Positions 8,671 through 16,956 of a stretch of 23,481 nucleotides of DNA are shown in pieces. The stretch lies in contig JANMKN010000409.1 in NCBI GenBank assembly GCA_031372065.1, positions 1 to 23,481 of the forward strand, in the 5' to 3' direction. The stretch comes from Abditibacteriaceae bacterium. GTDB taxonomy: Bacteria > Armatimonadota > Abditibacteriia > Abditibacteriales > Abditibacteriaceae. Position 1 is the stretch's first letter, and the number at the start of each line of letters is the position of its first letter. Below the pieces are notes generated by a model. That model saw only the letters and a program-made list of their open reading frames with translations, ran no database searches and had not been told where the DNA came from. A program made the position numbers and the translations under genes.

Positions 8671-9558
8671 ATGGAACACAAGAACGAAATGAATGCGCTG
8701 TTGTCGCGCCGCACGTTGCTGCGCAACATGGCGGGTGGCGCATTAGCCTTAGGTGCTGGTCAGGTTTTGTCAGGTTGCAATGGCGGCAGCGGAGGCGGAC
8801 TGAGCAATGCCGGCAATCTGGTTTTTGGGCCAAATGCTGTGCAAATAAATCTGGCTACAGGTGCAGCCAGCCCCGTGAGACTGGGACGCAGCTTCGCGCG
8901 CATTTCCAGCTCTAACCAAGTTTTGGAAGTCGGTTTCGAATTGGAAGACGGCGCGCTTGCTGCGTTGCCACCGACTCCCTTCAATGTGCCTTCGGTGTTT
9001 AATGCAGGTTTGCCCGCAGAGGCAGTTGCCGGTTCGTTGTTCCGTCAAATTGGTTTGTCTTACTGGACAGGGCACGATCCGCGCGGCATCGGTGAAGTTC
9101 CGCATTTTCATGCGGTGTTTTTGTTCCAGCCAGTGATGCCATTCAATCCCACTTTTCCCGAACTGATTCCTGTGGCGGCTAACGAAGTGCCGCCGGGCTT
9201 TATTGATGGGCGCGATGTGCCAACGGCGCTTGTGCCGGGTGTGGGAAATGGCTTTGAGGACCCCACATTGCCTCACATGAATCCGCATTGGTATGGCTTG
9301 ACCTACAATTACTTTTATTTTGGCGGTCACCTCAATGGCGTGGGCACTGGTGCGACGACTGATTTTTTGGAAACGACTCAGAAACAGTCCATGACGCTGG
9401 CGCAACCTCAGGTGTATCCCAAAGCCGGCCAGTATCCCAATCTGGTATCGGCGGTTTACAACACCACGCGCAAGTCGCATTTTTTCATTTTGAGCGATTT
9501 TCGAGCGGCCACGCGAGTAGTGACACCTTTGACTGCTGCCGCAAAAATCAGGAAGTAA
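8671..9558 (+). CDS. Tat lipoprotein, DUF5602/TTHB210-like paralog 4
   Basis: gaggag RBS before ATG 8671. SRRTLLR twin-arginine and lipobox LSGC. Motifs GHDPRGIGEVPHFHAVF, NYFYFGGHLN, QPQVYPKAGQYP. Confidence 0.75.
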   Translation: MEHKNEMNALLSRRTLLRNMAGGALALGAGQVLSGCNGGSGGGLSNAGNLVFGPNAVQINLATGAASPVRLGRSFARISSSNQVLEVGFELEDGALAALPPTPFNVPSVFNAGLPAEAVAGSLFRQIGLSYWTGHDPRGIGEVPHFHAVFLFQPVMPFNPTFPELIPVAANEVPPGFIDGRDVPTALVPGVGNGFEDPTLPHMNPHWYGLTYNYFYFGGHLNGVGTGATTDFLETTQKQSMTLAQPQVYPKAGQYPNLVSAVYNTTRKSHFFILSDFRAATRVVTPLTAAAKIRK

Positions 9559-9584
9559 TTCCACTGTGATTTGAAGGAGCGAAA

Positions 9585-11108
9585 GTGACGAACGAGTCTT
9601 GGAATTACATCATAGTCGGGGCCGGGGCCGCAGGCTGCGTCGTCGCTAATCGCCTGAGCGCCAACGGCGCGCAAGTGCTGCTACTCGAAGCGGGTGGCAG
9701 CGATGAGGGCGACAATATTCACGATCCGGGCGGCTTTGTGCAGCTTTGGGGGTCGGAGGTGGACTGGAAAGTCGGCACTTCGGCGCAACCGCAATTGACG
9801 AATCGTGAAATTCTCATCAATCAGGGCAAAGTCATTGGTGGCAGCACTTCGCTGAACGCTATGATGTGGGTGCGCGGCAATCAAGGCAATTTCGACGAGT
9901 GGGCGGCGCGCGGCGCGACGGGTTGGGATAGCAAGTCGCTGTTGCCGTATTTTCAAAAAGTCGAAGATTACACCGGTCAGGGCGCCGCTGATGTGCATGG
10001 CACGGGCGGCCCGATGAGCGTGCAGGATAATCCCGATGAGCATTCGCGCTCCGAGCCGTTTATGAACGGCTGCGTGGAAATGGGCTACGATGGCCCTTAT
10101 TGGGATATTAATGGCGCGCGGCAGGAAAACGGTGCGGGTTTGTTGCAGTTTTCCATCACCAAAGATGGAAAACGCGCCAGCGCTGCGCAAGCCTATCTCG
10201 ACCCGGCGCGCGGACGCGAAAATCTTACGGTTGAAACCGGCGCGCAGGCCACGAAAATTCTTTTTGAAGGCACGCGCGCTGTGGGCGTGGAATATTTGCA
10301 AGGCGGCGAAACCAAACAGGCGCGCACCGAGGGTGAAGTCATTGTCTGTGGCGGCGCGTTTTTCTCTCCACAATTGCTCATGCTCTCAGGCATTGGTCCC
10401 GCCGCGCATCTGCAGGAAATGGGCATCACTGTTGTCGCCGATGTGCCGGGCGTCGGGCAGAATTTGCAAGATCATTTGCAGTTGCCTGTGGTGTTCACAT
10501 CAAAGCACGACCGCGAATTGCCAACATTGCTGACCGGCAACACGATGTTTATAAACACGCGCAAAGAGAGGCCGGACGCCGTGCCGGATTTGCAAGTAAA
10601 TTTCACGCCCGCTGTGCCCAAACCGCTGGCGCCAGTTCTCAATATTCCGATTCCTGTCGGCATTTTTCTGCCGATTCTTATCATGCCGGACAGCATCGGC
10701 GAAGTGAAATTACGTTCGGCCAATCCACTTGATTTGCCGATTATTAACCCAAATTATTTGCACGCCGAAGCCGATATGCAAACGCTGCGCGATGCGGTGA
10801 AAATCATCCGCGAATTGGCGAAAACGTCAGCGATGAGCGCCGAATATGAAACCGAAATCGTGCCGGGCGAAGACGCCGATTTGGACGCTTATATTCGCGG
10901 CGGCGCGACGACAATTTGGCATCCGGCAGGCACCTGCGCGATTGGCAGCGCTAAAAACTCTGTTGTTGACCCGCAGTTGCGGGTGCGCGGCGTTGAAAAT
11001 CTGCGTGTTGCCGATGCTTCGGTTATGCCGACAGTCACCAGCGGCAACACGCAGGCAGCGTGTTTTGTCATCGGCGAAAAGGCCGCCGATGCTATTTTGC
11101 AACAATAA
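9585..11108 (+). CDS. GMC family FAD oxidoreductase (choline dehydrogenase-like; substrate unknown)
   Basis: IIVGAGAAGCVVANRLS, LLLEAG, GKVIGGSTSLNAM, SPQLLMLSGIG, VGQNLQDH, catalytic WHPAGTC and SGNT, VVDPQLRVRGVENLRVADASVMP. aaggag RBS before the GTG start. Confidence 0.95.
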   Translation: MTNESWNYIIVGAGAAGCVVANRLSANGAQVLLLEAGGSDEGDNIHDPGGFVQLWGSEVDWKVGTSAQPQLTNREILINQGKVIGGSTSLNAMMWVRGNQGNFDEWAARGATGWDSKSLLPYFQKVEDYTGQGAADVHGTGGPMSVQDNPDEHSRSEPFMNGCVEMGYDGPYWDINGARQENGAGLLQFSITKDGKRASAAQAYLDPARGRENLTVETGAQATKILFEGTRAVGVEYLQGGETKQARTEGEVIVCGGAFFSPQLLMLSGIGPAAHLQEMGITVVADVPGVGQNLQDHLQLPVVFTSKHDRELPTLLTGNTMFINTRKERPDAVPDLQVNFTPAVPKPLAPVLNIPIPVGIFLPILIMPDSIGEVKLRSANPLDLPIINPNYLHAEADMQTLRDAVKIIRELAKTSAMSAEYETEIVPGEDADLDAYIRGGATTIWHPAGTCAIGSAKNSVVDPQLRVRGVENLRVADASVMPTVTSGNTQAACFVIGEKAADAILQQ

Positions 11109-11126
11109 AAACTCACGGAGAAAATC

Positions 11127-11519
11127 ATGGAAAACGTGCCGGACACACCACTGGGACGGATGTATCGTGAACATATCCAGTTGATTCTGGATAAGAACAT
11201 TGAAGCGTTGCTCGATCAATACACCGACGATTGCTTGCTCATCAGCAGTTTCATGAAAGAGCCGAAGTATTATCGGGGCCGCGACGAACTGCGCGAACAT
11301 ATGCAGGGCATTCTGGGCATTGATGGCTTGGAAACTGACATCGCTTTTTGGGGCGAAACTGAAGACCCGCAAACATTGATGATCGTCGAAGCGATTACCA
11401 TGAAAGCGGGCGGCGGCGAATCCAAAATGCGCTTCGCTGATAGCTGGGTTTTGCGCGACGGCAAAATCGCCATTCACTTCGCGGGCATGACGCAATATCC
11501 CGACGGCAGCGTGGCTTAA
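11127..11519 (+). CDS. SnoaL-like / NTF2-family protein
   Basis: 130 aa with the NTF2-like pattern NIEALLDQYTDD...YRGRDELRE...ADSWVLRDGKI. ggag RBS. Confidence 0.8.
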   Translation: MENVPDTPLGRMYREHIQLILDKNIEALLDQYTDDCLLISSFMKEPKYYRGRDELREHMQGILGIDGLETDIAFWGETEDPQTLMIVEAITMKAGGGESKMRFADSWVLRDGKIAIHFAGMTQYPDGSVA

Positions 11520-11523
11520 TTTC

Positions 11524-11635
11524 AATGGAACACGGGCTTCGCACACGGAAACAACCACAGATTGACACGGATTTTTAAAATTGGTCTGTGAAAACCTATG
11601 TCGTTTCTGTGTCGGCGAAGCCGCCGTGTTCCATT
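11524..11635. repeat. Palindromic intergenic element (REP-like), copy B
   Basis: Nested stems: aatggaacacgg/ccgtgttccatt (12 bp perfect), gcttcgc/gcgaagc, acacggaaac/gtttctgtgt. Confidence 0.8.
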
Positions 11636-11651
11636 AAGAGCAGGAGCAAAT

Positions 11652-12350
11652 ATGACATTACAAGGCAAGAAAATCGGCATTTTAATCGAAAGCGATTTTT
11701 ATGAGCCGGAAATTTGGTATTATCAGCATCGCTTCGCCGAAGAAGGCGCGGAAGTGATTTTTCTGACGCGTCTTTGGGGCCAAAGCCACATTGATTTCAA
11801 AGGCCATGAATATCACATTTCGGGCATTTTTTCGGAGCAAAGTCTCGAAGGCATGAGCGACGAAGACTTAGCAACGTATGCCGCGATTATCGTTCCGGCG
11901 GGTATGGTTGCCGACCGCTTGCGTTACACGGAAGACGTCAACAATTTGCCGCCCGCTACGCTGTTCATGCAACGCGCTTTTGCCAATAAAAACATCATTA
12001 AAGGCATCATTTGTCACGGAATGTGGCTTATCGCGCCGATGCCGGAATTGGTCAAAGGGCGTAAGGTCGTGGTGCATAACAATCTGCACGGCGATGCCAA
12101 AAATATGGGCGCGGTTTATGTCAACGAAGATGTGGTGGTAGACCGCGATTTAGTCACGGCGCGCACCGGCGGGCATTGTCACTTTTTCGCGCGCAAGATT
12201 ATCGAGATGCTGCAAGAAAAAGTTGTGGCAGCAGAAGATAGTGCGGCCAAGGTGAATGTGGCCGAAACCAAAAAACTCATTGCGGCAGAAGCCAAGAAAA
12301 TCGTTGCCGCCGAAGCCAAAAAAGCCGTTGCTGCTGAAGCGAAAAAATAA
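11652..12350 (+). CDS. DJ-1/PfpI family protein (type 1 glutamine amidotransferase-like)
   Basis: LQGKKIGILIESDFYEPE (conserved Glu), YAAIIVPAG, nucleophile elbow ICHG, VVVDRDLVTAR. aggag RBS before ATG 11652. Lys/Ala repeat tail. Confidence 0.9.
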   Translation: MTLQGKKIGILIESDFYEPEIWYYQHRFAEEGAEVIFLTRLWGQSHIDFKGHEYHISGIFSEQSLEGMSDEDLATYAAIIVPAGMVADRLRYTEDVNNLPPATLFMQRAFANKNIIKGIICHGMWLIAPMPELVKGRKVVVHNNLHGDAKNMGAVYVNEDVVVDRDLVTARTGGHCHFFARKIIEMLQEKVVAAEDSAAKVNVAETKKLIAAEAKKIVAAEAKKAVAAEAKK

Positions 12351-12361
12351 AAGGCACCCTT

Positions 12362-12793
12362 ATGTCTCTGAAATTTTCTCACGTTGCTTTGTCTTGCGCC
12401 GACCCGCTGGCGACAGAGCGTTTTTATGCCAAGCATTTTGGCTTTGAGCGCGCCCGCGTCATTCCTCTGGGCGAGCAGCAAATTGTCTTTATGAAAGCGG
12501 GCGAAGTGTATTTGGAATTGTTCTCGTCCGAAGGCACAGCGCCCGGCGCGGCGCCGACGGCTGACGGGCCGCATTATCCCGGCGTGCGCCACATTGCGTT
12601 TCAAGTGGAGGATGTGGAAGCGACAATTGCCGCCATGGGTGATGCTGCCAAAATCACGCTGGGACCGCTGGACTTTAGCGACTTTATTCCCGGCTGGAAA
12701 ACCGTGTGGCTGTCCGACCCCGATGGAAACATTGTCGAAGTGAGCGAGGGTTACACCGATCAGGATTCGCCGCCGCCATTGGACAATCCGTAA
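12362..12793 (+). CDS. VOC family (glyoxalase/bleomycin resistance/dioxygenase) protein
   Basis: Full H/E/H/E metal-ligand set: FSHVAL...FY.KHFGF, YLELF, GVRHIAFQVEDV, DPDGNIVEV. Confidence 0.92.
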   Translation: MSLKFSHVALSCADPLATERFYAKHFGFERARVIPLGEQQIVFMKAGEVYLELFSSEGTAPGAAPTADGPHYPGVRHIAFQVEDVEATIAAMGDAAKITLGPLDFSDFIPGWKTVWLSDPDGNIVEVSEGYTDQDSPPPLDNP

Positions 12794-12808
12794 ACAAGGC
12801 AAAAATCT

Positions 12809-15004
12809 ATGAAAACATACAAAGCCGAACCGGGCCGCAGTCATCCACTGGGAGCCATTCCCGATGCCGATGGCGTCAATTTTTCAATTTATTCCGATCA
12901 GGCAACGGGTGTCGAATTATTGATTTTCGATGCCCACGATGACCTTGATCCGGTGCAAACGATTCATCTCGATCCGGTTGCCAATAAAACATTCTACTTT
13001 TGGCACGTTTATGTGCGCGGCCTAAAGTCAGGCGCGCATTATGCGTATCGTGTTTCCGGGCCAAATGACGTGAAGGGACGTGGTGACCGCTACAATCCCA
13101 ATAAAGTGCTGATTGATCCTTATGCGTTTGGCAACACCGACACGCTTTGGGATAGAGGCGCCGCTTGTGGCACTGCCGATAACCTGCACACTTCGATGCG
13201 CTCTGTAGTGATTGATATCAGCGGCTACGATTGGGAAGGCGACAAGCCGATCAATCGTCCGATGGAAGAAAGTGTCATCTACGAAATGCATCTGGCGGGC
13301 TTCACCAAGTCGCCGAATTCGGGCGTTTCGGATGGCAAGCGCGGCACTTTTGCGGGCGCTATCGAAAAGATTCCCTATCTTAAATCTTTGGGCGTTACCG
13401 CCGTCGAATTGCTGCCGGTTTTCGATTTCGACACCAAAGAAGGCGTGCGTGAAATGCCCGATGGTTCGCGCCTGTGCAATTACTGGGGCTACAGCACCGT
13501 CGGCTTTTTCGCGCCGCACAGCAGCTATTGTATGTCGCCCGAATGCGGTAATCACATGGATGAATTCCGCGACATGGTGAAGGCGTTTCACAAAGCCGAC
13601 ATCGAAGTGATTCTGGATGTGGTTTACAACCACACCAGCGAAGGCAACGAACAAGGCCCGGTCATGCACTTTAAGGGCTTGGCGAACAGCACTTATTATA
13701 TGCTTTCGCACGAAGATCGCGCCTATTACATGAACTACACCGGATGCGGCAACAGTGTTAATGCCAATCATCCCATCACCGAAAAGTTCATCATAGATTC
13801 GCTGGAATTCTGGGTCAAAGAAATGCATGTTGACGGCTTTCGCTTCGACGAAGCTGTGGTGCTAACGCGCGATGAAAACGGCGCGCCGATGCCGAATCCG
13901 CCAGTCATCTGGCAGATTGAATTGTCGGAAACCTTGGCCGATTCCAAAGTCATCGCCGAATGTTGGGACGCCGAAGGCTTGAACGAAAGCGGGCACTTTC
14001 CGGGCTTCCGTTGGGGCGAATGGAACGGGCGTTACCGCGATTCGATGCGGCGCTTTATCAAAGGCGATCCGGGCCTGATTGGTCTGGTTGCCAGTTCGAT
14101 TGGTGGCAGCGCCGAAGTGTTTCAATACGGCGGCGAATTGCCGGTCAACAGCGTCAACTTTATCACTTGTCACGACGGTTTTTCCTTGAACGATTTAGTG
14201 TCGTATAACGAAAAGCACAACAGCGCCAATGGCGAGGGCAACCGCGATGGCATGGACGACAACCTCAGTTGGAACTGCGGCGCCGAAGGCCCAACAGGTG
14301 ACCCCGGAGTCGAATGGATGCGCAATCAGCAAGTCAAAAACTTCGCCGCGATTTTAATGCTTTCGCAAGGCGTGCCGATGATTTGCGGCGGCGACGAAGT
14401 GCGACGCACGCAGGGCGGCAACAACAACGCGTATTGTCAGGACAATGAGATTTCGTGGTTCGACTGGACGCTGCCCGACAAGCACAAAGACACGCTGCGC
14501 TTTTTCCAGCAGATGATCGCTTTTCGCAAGGCGCATCCCATTTTGCGGCGCACGCGCTTTTTCAATGGGCAACTCAATGATCGCGGCTTGCCGGATGTGG
14601 CATGGCACGGCTGTCAACTCAATGGGCCGGGCTGGAACGACCCCGATTGCCGTGTTTTGGCGTTTACGATGGCCGGTTTTGGCGATGACCCGGACATTCA
14701 CGTCATGATGAATATGCATTGGGACGCGCTGCCGTTTGAAATTCCTCAAGTAGCCTCGCGCACATGGCATCGCGTTGTTGATACCTCGCTGCCTTCGCCG
14801 GATGACATTTGCGAACAAGGCGACGAAACGTCGGTGGACAACAATGTTTACATTGTGAACTCGCGCAGCATTGTAGTGCTGATTTCCAAGGATTTGCGCA
14901 CCGGCGAAGAAGCCGATGCCAAAGACCTTGCTGACCCGACTGGGGCTTCGCGCGAAATGACAGCCGCTATTGGCAAAACGCCGGACAACAAAAAACGCCG
15001 TTAA
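12809..15004 (+). CDS. glgX: Glycogen debranching enzyme / isoamylase (CBM48 + GH13)
   Basis: PLGA...GVNFS, LIDPYA, VIYEMH, LGVTAVELLPV, NYWGY, DVVYNHTSEG, NYTGCGN, DGFRFD (nucleophile), IAECWD (acid/base), NFITCHDGF, YNEKHN.ANGE.NRDG, SQGVPM, NNNAYCQDNE. Confidence 0.95.
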   Translation: MKTYKAEPGRSHPLGAIPDADGVNFSIYSDQATGVELLIFDAHDDLDPVQTIHLDPVANKTFYFWHVYVRGLKSGAHYAYRVSGPNDVKGRGDRYNPNKVLIDPYAFGNTDTLWDRGAACGTADNLHTSMRSVVIDISGYDWEGDKPINRPMEESVIYEMHLAGFTKSPNSGVSDGKRGTFAGAIEKIPYLKSLGVTAVELLPVFDFDTKEGVREMPDGSRLCNYWGYSTVGFFAPHSSYCMSPECGNHMDEFRDMVKAFHKADIEVILDVVYNHTSEGNEQGPVMHFKGLANSTYYMLSHEDRAYYMNYTGCGNSVNANHPITEKFIIDSLEFWVKEMHVDGFRFDEAVVLTRDENGAPMPNPPVIWQIELSETLADSKVIAECWDAEGLNESGHFPGFRWGEWNGRYRDSMRRFIKGDPGLIGLVASSIGGSAEVFQYGGELPVNSVNFITCHDGFSLNDLVSYNEKHNSANGEGNRDGMDDNLSWNCGAEGPTGDPGVEWMRNQQVKNFAAILMLSQGVPMICGGDEVRRTQGGNNNAYCQDNEISWFDWTLPDKHKDTLRFFQQMIAFRKAHPILRRTRFFNGQLNDRGLPDVAWHGCQLNGPGWNDPDCRVLAFTMAGFGDDPDIHVMMNMHWDALPFEIPQVASRTWHRVVDTSLPSPDDICEQGDETSVDNNVYIVNSRSIVVLISKDLRTGEEADAKDLADPTGASREMTAAIGKTPDNKKRR

Positions 15005-15061
15005 ATTCAAAACCATTTGGCCCGCTGCGAAAACGAAAAACAGGCGGGTAAGGGAGAAAAA

Positions 15062-16945
15062 ATGAATCAGATCAACTGGCCGTTTTCCGATACCATCGCG
15101 GGCTACATCACCGCCGCCGATGTGGATAAAGGCACTTTCAGTCTCAAAACACCGGGCGGCACAGAGTTTTCGGGCAAGCTGACTTCGGCCACCTTCGGCG
15201 AATTCGTGCGCAACCTCGGCGAGTCCTACAAAGACGCTATGGGGCCGCTCAAAGAAACCCTCGTGCCGGGCAATTATATGTTTGCCTACGGCGTGTTTTA
15301 CCCCGAAGGCGGCGACTTCAACTTTGAAGCGAAACATTTGGTTTTTCCGGGCAACAAGCCGGAAAATTTCTGCTTCGAAAAGCAAGATTGGTGGATTGAA
15401 CAGGCTCGCCGCGTCGCCGATTTTTACATTGCCGCGCAATTCGAGGGCGGCGCGATTGATTTCAATAAATATCGCACCAATTTGTATCTCGACGGCGACA
15501 AACTGCCCTCCGGCATTCAGGAAATTGATACCATTTCGCGCACCGTTTACGGTTTCGCTTCGGCTTATCTTTTGACCGGTGAAGATCGCTTTTTGGAAGC
15601 GGCGGAAAAAGGCACGCAATATCTGCGCGAAAAATGCTGCAAACGCGACAAAGGCGATGACATCGTTTATTGGCTGCACGCGCTGGAAGTCACCGATGGC
15701 GGCGTAAAAGAGCATCTCGGCTCGCTGTTTGGCGACGACTGGGCCGCTGTGCCGTGCTACGAGCAGATTTATGCCCTCGCCGGCCCGATTCAAACTTATC
15801 GCATTACCGGCGATCCCGGCATTTTATCGGATGCAGAAAAAACCATCGCGCTTTTTAACAAGCATTATTTCGATGCTTCAGAAAAGGGCGGCTATTATTC
15901 GCACGTCACGACAGACACTTTCGACCCGAAAGCCGATTCACTGGCGCACAATCAGGCGCGCAAGAATTGGAACTCGGTTGGTGACCATGCTCCGGCTTAT
16001 TTAATTAACCTGTGGCTGGCGACGGGCCGCGATGATTTCGCGGATTTCTTGGAATACACCTTCGACACCATCGAAGAGCATTTTCCGGCCAAAGATGGTA
16101 GCCCGTTTGTGCAGGAAAAATTCTTCGACGATTGGAGCGCCGACCAAGTGTGGGGCTGGCAGCAAGACCGCGCCGTTGCGGGCCACGATTTGAAAATCGC
16201 GTGGAACTTGATGCGCATGAATTCGCTGCGTCCCAAGGACAAATACACCGCTTTGGCGACCAAATTGGCCGACGCCATGCCGCCGATTAGCATGGATCAA
16301 CAGCGCGGCGGCTGGTATGACGTGATGGAGCGCCAGAAAGCCGAAGGCGAAGAATTTCATCGCTTGGCTTTCCATGACCGCAAAGCGTGGTGGCAGCAAG
16401 AGCAGGGCATTTTGGCTTACCTGATTCTTAACGGCTGCACGAAGAAGGATGAATACCTCAAACTCGCGCGTGAATCGTCGGCGTTCTACAATGCGTGGTT
16501 CCTCGACACGGATTCGGGCGCGGTTTATTTCAACGTCTTGGCGAATGGACTGCCGTATTTGCTGGGCAACGAGCGCGACAAGGGCAGTCACTCGATGGGC
16601 GCCTATCACTCGATTGAACTGTGCTATTTGGCTTCGGTTTACACCAATTTGCTGATTACCAAGCAGCCGATGGATTTCCACTTCAAGCCCAAGCCGGGCG
16701 CGTTCAAGGACAACATTTTGCGCGTTTCGCCCGACATTTTGCCGCCGGGTAGCATCAAAATCGAATCGGTGACCATCAATGGCGAGCCGTATGACGATTT
16801 CGACGCCGAGGCGCTGACGGTGAAACTGCCGGATAGCAACGCGATGAGTCATCAGCAAATGTTGGAGCGCCGCCGCGCTGGTGGCGTGCGGATGCATCAC
16901 ATTTCGGATGATATGAAAGTCAAAGTCCGCATTGCGCCCGCCTAA
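15062..16945 (+). CDS. AGE family (N-acylglucosamine 2-epimerase-like) epimerase/isomerase, long form with extra N- and C-terminal domains
   Basis: (alpha/alpha)6-barrel motifs SRTVYGFASAY, KNWNSVGDH, GHDLKIAW, D...GGWY, KAWWQQEQ, KGSHSMGAYHSIE. ggag RBS before ATG 15062. Confidence 0.85.
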   Translation: MNQINWPFSDTIAGYITAADVDKGTFSLKTPGGTEFSGKLTSATFGEFVRNLGESYKDAMGPLKETLVPGNYMFAYGVFYPEGGDFNFEAKHLVFPGNKPENFCFEKQDWWIEQARRVADFYIAAQFEGGAIDFNKYRTNLYLDGDKLPSGIQEIDTISRTVYGFASAYLLTGEDRFLEAAEKGTQYLREKCCKRDKGDDIVYWLHALEVTDGGVKEHLGSLFGDDWAAVPCYEQIYALAGPIQTYRITGDPGILSDAEKTIALFNKHYFDASEKGGYYSHVTTDTFDPKADSLAHNQARKNWNSVGDHAPAYLINLWLATGRDDFADFLEYTFDTIEEHFPAKDGSPFVQEKFFDDWSADQVWGWQQDRAVAGHDLKIAWNLMRMNSLRPKDKYTALATKLADAMPPISMDQQRGGWYDVMERQKAEGEEFHRLAFHDRKAWWQQEQGILAYLILNGCTKKDEYLKLARESSAFYNAWFLDTDSGAVYFNVLANGLPYLLGNERDKGSHSMGAYHSIELCYLASVYTNLLITKQPMDFHFKPKPGAFKDNILRVSPDILPPGSIKIESVTINGEPYDDFDAEALTVKLPDSNAMSHQQMLERRRAGGVRMHHISDDMKVKVRIAPA

Positions 16946-16956
16946 GCGGAAAGATT

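Noticed and set aside
9585..11108. Calling the GMC enzyme betA
   Set aside because: No betB/betI/betT context, and the motifs only establish the GMC family.
11598..11651. Upstream start for the PfpI gene
   Set aside because: It lies within the palindromic element. The aggag RBS and domain start support 11652.
14354..15793. 479-aa minus-strand ORF and other long antisense ORFs (e.g. 16001-16900, 13028-13828, 8770-9564)
   Set aside because: These are shadow frames opposite well-supported genes, with no recognisable motifs.
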